From Gemmatimonadota bacterium (GTDB lineage: Bacteria > Gemmatimonadota > Gemmatimonadetes > Gemmatimonadales > Gemmatimonadaceae), in contig JAQBQB010000019.1 of NCBI GenBank assembly GCA_028287235.1, positions 104,184-168,183 on the forward strand: 64,000 nt of DNA, given 5' to 3'. This document shows, piece after piece, positions 18,537-29,453 of this stretch. Within the stretch, counting starts at the first letter, position 1; every line of letters begins with the position of its first letter. Both the position numbers and the translations under genes were made by a program. The notes under the pieces were generated by a model. That model did no database searches, had not been told where the DNA came from, and was given only the letters and a program-made list of their open reading frames with translations.

Positions 18537-20932
18537 TCGGCGCGCTGCTCGTCATCGCCCAGCTCTCCATCGTCGCGCACGGTCCCGACTCGGCGTCGAC
18601 CTGCGAGGCGGTGGAGCTCAGCGTTGCGGTCAGCGCGCCGGGGCGTGTCGCACCGCAGATCGTGGTTCCGTCGCTCGCGCCGTTCGATGTGCTGCGCTCA
18701 TCGGCGGTTCCGCACGTGAGCTACGACCAGAGCGCCATGATCGCCGAGTACCGGTACGTGATCACGACCGATCGCACCGGCACCTTCACCATTCCTGCAT
18801 TCGAGGCGCGCCTCGGCGCGAATGTCACGCGCTCGCGTCCCATTCAACTCACCGTGCGGCAGGCGTCGGGACGTACTCCGCTTCCCACCGTGGTGGCGCG
18901 CGCGCGCGTCGACACGAGCCTCGAGGTCAACTTCCACGCGCTCACGCTCCCGGAGACGGTCTTCGTCGGCCAGCAAGCGAACTACGAAGTCGCCGTCTTT
19001 CTCAACGCGACGGTGCGCGACCGGCTCCGGCGCAACCCGACGTTCTTTCCGCCCGACATGCAGTCGATGCTCGCCTACGACCTGCCCGCGCGCGCCGATC
19101 CGCCCCGCCGCCAGGTCGGCTCGCACTGCTTCGATGCGCTCGTGTACCAGCGAGCCCTTTTTCCGCTCATGCCCGGGCGCTTCGCCATTCCACCGGCGCA
19201 GCTCGTCTATTCGCTTCCACTTTCCGCGAGCTTCTTCAGCCGCGAGGAGACGCACGAGCTCCAGACCGACAGTACGGTGATCGTCGCCGTCGACCCGCCG
19301 TCGCTAGGCCGGCCGTTGGACTACGGCGGCGCGGTCGGCAGTCTGCACGTGGCGGCGAAGCTCGATACCGCCGGCTCACGGGTTGGCGATCCGCTGTTGC
19401 TGACGGTGAAGGTCTCCGGCACGGGGAACGTGAAGCTCTTTCCGCGGCCGGCGGTCGGAATTGCGTGGGGGACGCTCGTGAAGGGAGACGAGCGCGTGCA
19501 GGTGGACACCACCGCGAAGAAGATTGGCGGATCGAAGGAGTTCGACTGGCTGTTGACGCCGCGCGTCGCGGGTGAGCTCGATGTGCCGCCGATTCGCTAC
19601 AGCTACTTCAATCCCGACTCACGCCGGTACGAGGTCGCGCAGACCAGCTCGACGCACCTCCGCGTCGGCGACGGGTCTCTCGCTTCCGCGGACACGGCGC
19701 GCAGCGAGGCGTTGCTGTCGTTGCGCACACGTTACCGTGGCGCGCCGCGCACGCCGCTGCACCAGCATCCAATCTTCTGGGCGATTCTCGCGCTGATGCC
19801 TGTGCCGGCGCTGTCGCTCGGTACCCGCGAGCGTCGTCGCCGCGTCGCGGCGCGGACCCCGAACCACGCGGCGCGTCTCACCGCGATGTCGCGCGCCGCC
19901 GCCGAATCGCGCGATGCCTGCGAGGTGCGCCGTACGTACACGAGCGCGCTGGCCGAGCGGCTCGGGCTTCAACCCGAGAGCTTCACGCGCCCCGGTGCGC
20001 TCGCCCGCGCGTTGCGGCGGCGCGGTGTGTCGACCGACGTGGCGCTCGACGGCGAGCGTTTTCTGCGCGAGCTCGACGAAGCGGCGTTTTCGTCGTCGGG
20101 CTCGCTGGCGTCCGACGCCGCCGAGCGCGCCGCGAACTTGTATCGCGCCGTGGATGCGGAGGCGTTGCCGCGAACGCAGATCGCGCTGCCCGCGCTGAGT
20201 GTCGTGGCCCTGTTGGCGATCGGTGTGGCGACCGCGCACGCATATGACGCGGCGGCCGCTCAGCGCGCGTTCGACCGCGGCGTGGCCGCGTATCAGCAGC
20301 ATAACTTCGTCGCGGCGCGTGAGGCGTTCATCGGCGCGGTCGCCGCCGATCCCGGCGCGCCCGACGCGTGGGCCGATCTGGGTACCGCATCGTGGGCAGT
20401 CGCCGACACCGCGCGCAGCGTCGCCGCGTGGCAGCACGCGCTTCGGCTCGAGCCGCTGGCCACCGACGTGCGCGACCGCGTCGAGCTGGTGCACGCGCTG
20501 CCGTGGACGGCGGCGGGTTACGTCCCCGCGCTTCCGGACGCGTGGGTGTTCGACCTGGCGGCGCTGCTCTGGTGCTTCGCCTGGGGAATGGCGGCATACC
20601 GTGCCGCGCGGCGCGCGCCGGTTCGCGGAGGCGCGGTTGCCGCGCTCGCGGTCGTCGCCGCGCTCGTCGCAATCGGCGGGTTTGCGCTGTCCGATCGGTT
20701 GTCCGGCCGCCACCTCGCCGTCATGCGCCGAACCGCGTCGCTGAGCACCGATCCCGAGCTGGGAGGCGAGCGCGGCGCCACGGCCATCATCGGCGAAGTG
20801 GTGCACGTGAGCGGCCGGCAGGGCGCGTGGAGCCGCGTGACTCTCGACGACGGACGCGATGGCTGGTTGGAGAACGCCGCGCTCGTGTCGCTCGATGCCC
20901 GCGACGTGACCGAGATGCGCGGCGGCAATTGA
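18533..20932 (+). CDS. BatD-like oxygen-tolerance protein fused to TPR and a C-terminal SH3-like region
   Basis: 799 aa: signal-like N-terminus, large beta-rich region, TM segments, TPR-like AYQQHNFVAAREAF..AW.DLG, and a C-terminal ..WSRVTLDDGRDGWLENAALV... Confidence 0.7.
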   Translation: MIGALLVIAQLSIVAHGPDSASTCEAVELSVAVSAPGRVAPQIVVPSLAPFDVLRSSAVPHVSYDQSAMIAEYRYVITTDRTGTFTIPAFEARLGANVTRSRPIQLTVRQASGRTPLPTVVARARVDTSLEVNFHALTLPETVFVGQQANYEVAVFLNATVRDRLRRNPTFFPPDMQSMLAYDLPARADPPRRQVGSHCFDALVYQRALFPLMPGRFAIPPAQLVYSLPLSASFFSREETHELQTDSTVIVAVDPPSLGRPLDYGGAVGSLHVAAKLDTAGSRVGDPLLLTVKVSGTGNVKLFPRPAVGIAWGTLVKGDERVQVDTTAKKIGGSKEFDWLLTPRVAGELDVPPIRYSYFNPDSRRYEVAQTSSTHLRVGDGSLASADTARSEALLSLRTRYRGAPRTPLHQHPIFWAILALMPVPALSLGTRERRRRVAARTPNHAARLTAMSRAAAESRDACEVRRTYTSALAERLGLQPESFTRPGALARALRRRGVSTDVALDGERFLRELDEAAFSSSGSLASDAAERAANLYRAVDAEALPRTQIALPALSVVALLAIGVATAHAYDAAAAQRAFDRGVAAYQQHNFVAAREAFIGAVAADPGAPDAWADLGTASWAVADTARSVAAWQHALRLEPLATDVRDRVELVHALPWTAAGYVPALPDAWVFDLAALLWCFAWGMAAYRAARRAPVRGGAVAALAVVAALVAIGGFALSDRLSGRHLAVMRRTASLSTDPELGGERGATAIIGEVVHVSGRQGAWSRVTLDDGRDGWLENAALVSLDARDVTEMRGGN

Positions 20933-20964
20933 CGCTCGCCGCGCTCGGCCGGTAGCTTTTCGCG

Positions 20965-22728
20965 GTGTCCGTCGCATCGCTCCCACGCATCGCCATCCTC
21001 GCCAGCGCCGTCGCCGATCAAATTGCGGCAGGTGAGGTCGTCGAGCGCCCGTCGTCGGTGGTGAAGGAGCTCGTCGAGAACGCGCTCGACGCGGGCGCTA
21101 CGGCCATCGACCTCGCGATCGAAGACGGTGGACGGCAGAGCATTCGCATCAGCGACGACGGCTCCGGCATGTCGCGCGACGACGCCGTGCTCTCCCTCGA
21201 GCGGCACGCCACCTCGAAGATCCGCTCGGCGCAGGATCTCGTCGGCGTGCGCAGCTTCGGCTTTCGCGGCGAAGCGCTCGCCGCGATCTGCTCCGTGTCG
21301 CAGCTCGAGGTCGAGACCGCGCAGGACGACGGGGCAGGAACCCTCGTGCGCGCCGCGGCCGGAGCAGTGATCGACGTGACCGACGCTTCGCGGCGCCGCG
21401 GTACCACGGTGCGTGTCTCGCGGCTCTTCTACAACGCGCCGGCGCGGCTCAAGTTCCTGCGCGGCGCCCGCTCGGAGTGGCGCGCGATTCTCGACGTGGT
21501 CGGCACGATGGCGCTGACCCGCCGCGACGTGCGCGTGACGCTCACGCACGACGGCAAGCCGATGCTCACGCTGCCCACTGCGGTCTCGCTGCGCGACCGG
21601 CTCGCCGCGGTGTACGGCGGCGCGTTCGCCGGACGCATGCTCGACGTCGACGATCTGAGCGGCACGACGCACGTGTCGGGATTGGTCGAGCGGCCGGCCG
21701 ACGTCGGCACCGCGACCCGGCGCATGTTCCTCTCGATCAACGGCCGCTCCATTCGCGACACAGGCATCGTGCGCGCGGCGGAAGCGGCGTACAAATCCAC
21801 GATCCCCGCCGGCGTGCGACCCACGCTCTTTCTCGACATCGTCGTGGCCGCGGACATGGTCGACGTCAACGTGCACCCGGCCAAAGCGGAGGTGCGTTTC
21901 CGCGATCGCTGGCAAGTGGAGCGCACCGTCGAAACCGCGGTGCGGCGCGCACTCGGCACCTTCGAGGCCGGCGCCACGTTCGGGAGAACCGCTTGGACGA
22001 TCACGCCCGCCCCGCAGGCGCCGCCTCAACCGGTCGACGTCGAGGCGCTGCAGCCGGCGCCGCTCAACGATGGGCTGTTCGAGTCGGACGACGAATCGTC
22101 CGAGCGCATCACGCCGGAGCCGCTCCCTGCACCTGCGGCGGCGGCGCCGGCGCCGAGCGACGTTCCGCCGCTCACGCAGTTGCAGCGCAGCTACCTCATG
22201 TTCGAGCACGAGCACGGCGTCGTGCTCATCGACCAGCATTCGGCGCACGAACGCGTGCTGTACGAGCAGTTCATGCGCACGCTCGAGAGCGGCGAGAATC
22301 CGTCGCAGCGATTGCTCTTTCCCATGACGCTCCATCTCGGCCCGGCGGAGAGCGAGGCGTTCGAACGCAATCGCGAGCTGTTCGAGGGGCTCGGCTTCGA
22401 GATCGAAGGATTCGGCGGGTATACGCTCATCGTGAGCGCCGTACCCATGCCGCACCCGCGCTTCGATCCCGAGCGCTGCCTGCGCGAAACGCTGGCCGCA
22501 CTCACGGGCGACCGGGAGTCCGGCGCGCACGCGCGTCACGAGCGGTTGGCGGCGACGGTGGCGTGCAAGGCGGCGATCAAAGCGGGAGAAGCGCTGTCGC
22601 CGGGTGAGATGCGCGCGCTCTACATCGCTCTCCGCGACACCACGCTGCCCGCGCACGACGTGCATGGCCGCGCCACGATCGTTCAGCTGACGTGGGACGA
22701 GATTGAGCGGCGCTTCGGACGCCGCTGA
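20965..22728 (+). CDS. mutL: DNA mismatch repair protein MutL
   Basis: ..VADQIAAGEVVERPSSVVKELVENALDAGA.., DDGSGM, FGFRGEAL, and a C-terminal dimerisation domain. Confidence 0.95.
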   Translation: MSVASLPRIAILASAVADQIAAGEVVERPSSVVKELVENALDAGATAIDLAIEDGGRQSIRISDDGSGMSRDDAVLSLERHATSKIRSAQDLVGVRSFGFRGEALAAICSVSQLEVETAQDDGAGTLVRAAAGAVIDVTDASRRRGTTVRVSRLFYNAPARLKFLRGARSEWRAILDVVGTMALTRRDVRVTLTHDGKPMLTLPTAVSLRDRLAAVYGGAFAGRMLDVDDLSGTTHVSGLVERPADVGTATRRMFLSINGRSIRDTGIVRAAEAAYKSTIPAGVRPTLFLDIVVAADMVDVNVHPAKAEVRFRDRWQVERTVETAVRRALGTFEAGATFGRTAWTITPAPQAPPQPVDVEALQPAPLNDGLFESDDESSERITPEPLPAPAAAAPAPSDVPPLTQLQRSYLMFEHEHGVVLIDQHSAHERVLYEQFMRTLESGENPSQRLLFPMTLHLGPAESEAFERNRELFEGLGFEIEGFGGYTLIVSAVPMPHPRFDPERCLRETLAALTGDRESGAHARHERLAATVACKAAIKAGEALSPGEMRALYIALRDTTLPAHDVHGRATIVQLTWDEIERRFGRR

Positions 22729-23656
22729 CGTCGGCGTCATCTGCGGCCCCACGGCCGCGGGCAAGAGCGCCGTGGCGATGTGGATCGCCGAGCGCAGGGC
22801 CGAGCGCCGCGCGGTAACGATCGTCAGCGCGGATTCGCGGCAAGTCTACCGCGATTTCGACGTCGGCACCGCGAAGCCCTCGGCCGGCGAACGCGCGCGT
22901 GTGCCGCACCGCGGCCTCGACGTCGCACTGCCGACCGAGCGCTACTCGGCCGCCGAGTGGTGCGCGTCCGCTGCGGGTTGGATCGACGAGGCGTACGCCA
23001 ACGGGCACGCGCCGCTCGTCGTGGGCGGAACGGGTCTGTATCTCCGCGCGCTGTTCGACGGCTTGTTCGAGGAGCCCGCGCTCGACCCAGGCCGGCGGCA
23101 GGGAATCGCCGCGGCGCTGGCTACGCTCGAGACGGTGGAGCTCCGACGCTGGGTCGAGCGGCTCGACCGCCAGCGCGCGCATCTTGGCCGCACGCAGCTC
23201 CTGCGCGCCGTCGAGATTGCTCTGCTCACCGGGCGGCGGATGAGCGATCTCCATCGCGACCACGCCCGCACCCCCCGTTGGCAGGCGCGCTATCTTGTGG
23301 TGGATCCGGGCCCGGCGCTGGCCGATCGCATCGCGGTACGGATCGACCACATGCTCGACAACGGCTGGCCAGACGAGGTGACGCGGTTGATGCAAACGGT
23401 TCCGGCAGACGCGCCGGCCTGGAACGCGACGGGCTACGACGCGGTACGCACTCTGGTGAGCGGCGCCATGACGCGCGCCGCGGCCCGTGAGAAGATCCTG
23501 ATCGCCACGCGACAGTACGCCAAGCGGCAGCGCACCTGGTTCCGTCATCAACTCCCGGCCGACCGCGTGACGCGCGTCGATCCGGGGGCCGCGGACTGGC
23601 CGGCGACGGTCGAGCGCTGGCTGGCGTCGTTCACGCCGGACGAGCGGCTCGCGTGA
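22703..23656 (+). CDS. miaA: tRNA dimethylallyltransferase
   Basis: P-loop GPTAAGKS and ..IVSADSRQVYRDFDVGTAKP.. . The mutL-miaA linkage is classical. Confidence 0.9.
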   Translation: MSGASDAADVGVICGPTAAGKSAVAMWIAERRAERRAVTIVSADSRQVYRDFDVGTAKPSAGERARVPHRGLDVALPTERYSAAEWCASAAGWIDEAYANGHAPLVVGGTGLYLRALFDGLFEEPALDPGRRQGIAAALATLETVELRRWVERLDRQRAHLGRTQLLRAVEIALLTGRRMSDLHRDHARTPRWQARYLVVDPGPALADRIAVRIDHMLDNGWPDEVTRLMQTVPADAPAWNATGYDAVRTLVSGAMTRAAAREKILIATRQYAKRQRTWFRHQLPADRVTRVDPGAADWPATVERWLASFTPDERLA

Positions 23657-24834
23657 AGATCGGAATCACCTGCTACCCGACGTACGGCGGCTCCGGCGCG
23701 CTCGCCACCGAGCTCGGTATCGCGCTCGCGCGGCGCGGCCACGAGATCCATTTCATCACCTACGCCCAGCCGTTCCGGCTTCCGGCGTTTCTGCCGGGCG
23801 TGTACTTCCACGAGGTGGACGTCGGCCGCTATCCGCTGTTCGAGTATCCGCCCTACGACCTCGCGCTCGCCGTCCGCATGCACGAGGTGGTGCTGTCCCA
23901 CGGGCTCGACTTGCTCCACTGCCATTACGCGATCCCCCACGCCACCAGTGCCTGGATCGCCAAGGAGATGCTCGCGCCGACGCGCCCCGACATCCGGGTG
24001 GTCACGACGCTGCACGGCACGGACATCACCATCGTGGGGCAGGATCCGTCGTTCCGGCCAATCACGAAATTCTCAATAGAGAAGTCTGATGGGCTCACCG
24101 CGGTCTCGCGCTATCTCCAGCAGGAGACGCTGACGACCTTCGGGTGCACGGCCTGCCGCATCGAGGTCATTCCCAACTTCGTCGACCAGAACATCTACGA
24201 CCGGTCGCTCTACACCTCCGTTCTCACCCAGCAGATCGACTCCGGCACACGGGTGCTGATGCACGTGTCGAACTTCAGGGCCGTGAAGCGGGTGCAGGAC
24301 GTCGTGCGGATCTTCGCCCGCGTGCACAAACAGGTGCCGTCGGTGCTCGTCATGGTCGGCGACGGCCCCGACCGCGGCATGGCCGAAGCCGAAGCGCGCG
24401 ACTTGGGCATCCAAGACAAGGTGTTCTTCCTCGGCAAGATCGACGCGGTCGCACCGCTCCTCGCCGGGGCCGATCTCTTCCTGCTGCCGTCGAGCAACGA
24501 GTCGTTCGGCCTGAGCGCGCTCGAGGCGCTCGCCTGCGGCGTACCGGTGATCGGCACGCGCACCGGCGGCATACCAGAGGTCGTGCGCGACGGCGAGACC
24601 GGTGTGCTCTGCGACGTGGGCGATGTCGATGCAATGTCCGACGCCGCCGTGAAAATTCTCCTCGACCGCAACCGTTGGCACGCGATGAGCACCCTGGCCG
24701 CCGCCGACGCCCGCGAACGCTTCTCCCTCGACGCCATCGTGGCCGAATACGAAGCGTTCTACGAGTATACGTTGGCGCGGATCCCAGACTCCGATCGCCC
24801 GCAGTCCTCGACCCTCAGTCCCACTGCACCGTGA
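23653..24834 (+). CDS. bshA: GT4 glycosyltransferase, BshA-type (N-acetyl-alpha-D-glucosaminyl L-malate synthase)
   Basis: MKIGITCYPTYGGSGALATELGIALARRGHEIHFITY.. closely follows the BshA N-terminus as I remember it. It also has the C-terminal GT4 E-x7-E region. Confidence 0.75.
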   Translation: MKIGITCYPTYGGSGALATELGIALARRGHEIHFITYAQPFRLPAFLPGVYFHEVDVGRYPLFEYPPYDLALAVRMHEVVLSHGLDLLHCHYAIPHATSAWIAKEMLAPTRPDIRVVTTLHGTDITIVGQDPSFRPITKFSIEKSDGLTAVSRYLQQETLTTFGCTACRIEVIPNFVDQNIYDRSLYTSVLTQQIDSGTRVLMHVSNFRAVKRVQDVVRIFARVHKQVPSVLVMVGDGPDRGMAEAEARDLGIQDKVFFLGKIDAVAPLLAGADLFLLPSSNESFGLSALEALACGVPVIGTRTGGIPEVVRDGETGVLCDVGDVDAMSDAAVKILLDRNRWHAMSTLAAADARERFSLDAIVAEYEAFYEYTLARIPDSDRPQSSTLSPTAP

Positions 24835-25634
24835 ACTTCCTGCAAACGCTGGCCGTCGACAGCTCCGTGCTTTCCTGGTGGCATGCGGTGGTCCTTGGAC
24901 TCGTCGAGGGCATCACCGAGTTCCTCCCCGTCTCCTCCACGGCGCACCTGATTCTCGCCGCTCGCGTCCTCCACCTCACCGAGACCGAGTTCCTCAAGAG
25001 CTTCCAGATCATCATTCAGCTTGGCGCGATTCTCTCCGTCGTCGTGCTGTACTGGTCCAAGTTCTGGAACTGGGCAATTTTCAAGAAGCTCGTCGTCGCG
25101 TTCATTCCCACGGGCATCATCGGCCTTACCGTTTACAAAATTCTCAAGACGTACCTGCTCGGGAACATGACCGTGGTGCTCTGGTCGCTGCTCCTCGGCG
25201 GCATCGCGCTGATTGCCTTCGAGCGGTTCAAGCAGCACGCCGACACCGACGTCGACTTCTCAGAGATCACCTACAAGAAGGCGTTGCTGATCGGCCTCTT
25301 TCAGGCACTCGCAATCGTGCCCGGCGTGTCGCGCTCGGCGGCGACGATCGTCGGCGGTTCGCTCATCGGCGTGAGCAAGCGCACGATCGTCGAGTTCTCG
25401 TTCATGCTCGCCGTGCCGACGATGCTCGCCGCGAGCGGCCTCGAGCTCCTGAAGAACCATTCGGCGCTCTCGGGGCAGATGGGCATTCTCGCCGTCGGCT
25501 TCGTCGTCAGCTTCATCACTGCGATCGCGGCGATCAAGTCGTTCCTCGCGTTCGTCAAGAAGCGCGACTTCAGCGCGTTCGGCTGGTACCGCATCGCGCT
25601 GGCGATCGCGTTCTACTTCTTCTTCGTCCGCTAG
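24831..25634 (+). CDS. uppP: Undecaprenyl-diphosphate phosphatase
   Basis: ..GLVEGITEFLPVSSTAHLIL.. and ..PGVSRSAATI.. motifs, 8-TM profile. The GTG start forms a GTGA overlap with bshA. Confidence 0.9.
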   Translation: MNFLQTLAVDSSVLSWWHAVVLGLVEGITEFLPVSSTAHLILAARVLHLTETEFLKSFQIIIQLGAILSVVVLYWSKFWNWAIFKKLVVAFIPTGIIGLTVYKILKTYLLGNMTVVLWSLLLGGIALIAFERFKQHADTDVDFSEITYKKALLIGLFQALAIVPGVSRSAATIVGGSLIGVSKRTIVEFSFMLAVPTMLAASGLELLKNHSALSGQMGILAVGFVVSFITAIAAIKSFLAFVKKRDFSAFGWYRIALAIAFYFFFVR

Positions 25635-25642
25635 AGCGGCGC

Positions 25643-26419
25643 GTGTCGTCACCCGCCGAGCCCGGGCATCCGGGACGATACGATGGACTCCGCGGCGACG
25701 ACATCGCCGAGGGGCTCGCGCTGCCGCACGCGGTCATCTTCGACACGATCGGGTCGACGCTCGACGTGGCGCACGCCCTGGCCGAGGAGGGCGCGCCGGC
25801 GGGCACGCTCGTCCTCGCCGACGCGCAGTCGGCGGGGCGGGGACGGCAGGGCCGCACGTGGCACTCGGAGCGCGGCGCCGGCATCTGGCTCACGCTCGTC
25901 GAGCGCCCGAGCGACGTCGCGGCGCTCGACGTGCTGTCGCTGCGCATCGGCTTGGGGCTCGCGCGGGCGCTCGACGCATTTGCCACGGAGGCCATTCGGC
26001 TCAAGTGGCCGAACGATCTCTTCGTCGGCGACCGCAAGCTCGGTGGAATTCTCGTCGAGGCGCGCTGGCGCGCGGGTTCGCCCGAGTGGGTGGCGATCGG
26101 CGTCGGTGTGAACGTGCGAGCGCCCTCCGGTGAAGCGCGCGCCACCGGCCTGCGCGACGACGCGGTGCGGCTCGCCGTGCTCGAGGCAATCGTGCCCGCC
26201 ATTCGCACCGCCGCGGCGTGTGTCGGCCCGCTCGACGAATCGGAGCTGCGCGCATTCGCCGAGCGCGATCTCGCGGCCGGACGCCGATGCGTCGAGCCCG
26301 TGACGGGCACGGTGCGCGGCATCGACGCGAGCGGCGCGCTCCTCGTCCACGTCCCGTCCGACGAGCCGCGCACGGTCGCGGTGCGTTCCGGTTCTCTCCT
26401 GCTCGAGGAGACGCCATGA
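25643..26419 (+). CDS. birA: Biotin--[acetyl-CoA-carboxylase] ligase (no N-terminal HTH)
   Basis: GRGRQGRTW motif and ..KWPNDL... The start is uncertain (GTG 25643). Confidence 0.8.
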   Translation: MSSPAEPGHPGRYDGLRGDDIAEGLALPHAVIFDTIGSTLDVAHALAEEGAPAGTLVLADAQSAGRGRQGRTWHSERGAGIWLTLVERPSDVAALDVLSLRIGLGLARALDAFATEAIRLKWPNDLFVGDRKLGGILVEARWRAGSPEWVAIGVGVNVRAPSGEARATGLRDDAVRLAVLEAIVPAIRTAAACVGPLDESELRAFAERDLAAGRRCVEPVTGTVRGIDASGALLVHVPSDEPRTVAVRSGSLLLEETP

Positions 26420-27207
26420 TCCTCGTCTTCGACGTCGGCAACACCGAGACGACCGTCGGCCTGTTCCACGAGGCCGAGCTTCGCGGCCACTGGCGCATCA
26501 CGACCGACGTGACGCGTACGGGCGACGAGTTCGGGGTGTTGTTTCGCTCGCTGCTCGCCGCGCGCGGCTTCGGGCCCGAGGTGGTGCAGAGCGTCGCGAT
26601 CGGATCGGTGGTGCCGCGCGTGACCGCCCCGCTGAGCGAGGCGTGCAAGGAGTACTTCACGGTGGGCGATCCGCTCATCGTCGACGCGCGCGCCGACCTG
26701 CCGATCACGCTCGACGTGGACGAGCCGTTGACCGTCGGCGCCGACCGGCTGATCAACACGCTCGCCGCGAGCCGCCTCTATGCGCGCGACGCGATCGTCG
26801 TGGACCTGGGCACGGCGATGACGTTCGACTGCATCACCGCCGACGGCGTCTTCCTGGGCGGGGTGATCGCGCCGGGCGTGCTGACGGCGGCCGAGTCGTT
26901 GACGCGCCGCACGTCGAAGCTTCCCGCGACGGAGCTGACCGTGCCCACGCGCGTGATCGGCAAGCGCACCGAGGAGTGCATTCGCGCCGGCGTGATGTTC
27001 GGCGCGGCCGACGCGATCGACGGGTTGGTGCATCGGATCAAGGCGAGCTGGCCGCGTCCGCAGACGCCGTTTGTGGTGGCGACGGGTGGTCTCGCCGAGA
27101 CGATGGCGACGCTCTGCACCTCGTTCGACCGGGTGGAGCCGCACCTCACGCTGCAGGGGTTACAGATCGCCCACGCGCTCTTGCGCGGCCCTGAAATGGC
27201 TCTGTAA
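26416..27207 (+). CDS. coaX: Type III pantothenate kinase
   Basis: MILVFDVGNTETTVGLF.., ..VDLGTAMTFD.., with an ATGA overlap with birA. Confidence 0.9.
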   Translation: MILVFDVGNTETTVGLFHEAELRGHWRITTDVTRTGDEFGVLFRSLLAARGFGPEVVQSVAIGSVVPRVTAPLSEACKEYFTVGDPLIVDARADLPITLDVDEPLTVGADRLINTLAASRLYARDAIVVDLGTAMTFDCITADGVFLGGVIAPGVLTAAESLTRRTSKLPATELTVPTRVIGKRTEECIRAGVMFGAADAIDGLVHRIKASWPRPQTPFVVATGGLAETMATLCTSFDRVEPHLTLQGLQIAHALLRGPEMAL

Positions 27208-27256
27208 CACGTTGTAACACAACGTGTTAGGCAATCGTTGCGCGGGGCCGGCGCCC

Positions 27257-27285
27257 TTGACTCGCGCGGCCGATGGGGATATCAT
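27257..27285 (+). promoter_or_regulatory. Sigma-70-type promoter of groES-groEL
   Basis: TTGACT (27257-27262), a 17-nt spacer, then TATCAT (27280-27285), directly upstream of CIRCE. Confidence 0.6.
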
Positions 27286-27293
27286 GAGGGCTG

Positions 27294-27320
27294 TTAGCAC
27301 TCGTGCTCTATGAGTGCTAA
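27294..27320 (+). promoter_or_regulatory. CIRCE operator (HrcA binding site)
   Basis: Perfect match to consensus: TTAGCACTC-N9-GAGTGCTAA. Confidence 0.92.
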
Positions 27321-27374
27321 ACAACTCACTCACAGCGTTCTACCGCAGCCATAGAACAGGGAGGAGCACACCGT

Positions 27375-27677
27375 ATGGCCACCAAGACCAGTTCCAAGGT
27401 CGCCCCATTGGCCGACCGCGTCGTCATCAGAGCGCTCGAAGATGGAGAGCAGATGCGCGGCGGGTTGTACATCCCCGACACCGCGAAGGAAAAGCCGCAG
27501 CAGGGCGAGATCGTCGCGACGGGCCCGGGGCGCTACGAGAAGGACAAGCGCGTGCCGATGGAAGTGAAAGTCGGCGACAAGGTTCTCTACGGAAAGTACA
27601 GCGGTACCGAGGTGACGGTCGACGGGGAGACGCTCCTGATTCTCCGCGAGTCCGACGTCCTCGCCGTGATCGGCTGA
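27375..27677 (+). CDS. groES: Co-chaperonin GroES
   Basis: ..[36 protein letters not shown].., 100 aa. Confidence 0.97.
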   Translation: MATKTSSKVAPLADRVVIRALEDGEQMRGGLYIPDTAKEKPQQGEIVATGPGRYEKDKRVPMEVKVGDKVLYGKYSGTEVTVDGETLLILRESDVLAVIG

Positions 27678-27695
27678 TTCATTTCCAAACGCTAA

Positions 27696-29363
<1,668 letters not shown>

Positions 29364-29415
29364 GCGTTTCCCGCACCACCGCTCGACCGCACTACCGCAG
29401 GAAAAAAGTACGATT

Positions 29416-29445
29416 CGGGGGCTGCCAGCAGGCAGCCCCCGTTTT
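29416..29445. terminator. Bidirectional intrinsic terminator (groEL / SRPBCC gene)
   Basis: GGGGGCTGCC-AGCA-GGCAGCCCCC, flanked by an A-run (GAAAAAAG) upstream and GTTTT downstream. Confidence 0.7.
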
Positions 29446-29453
29446 GTGTGCCG

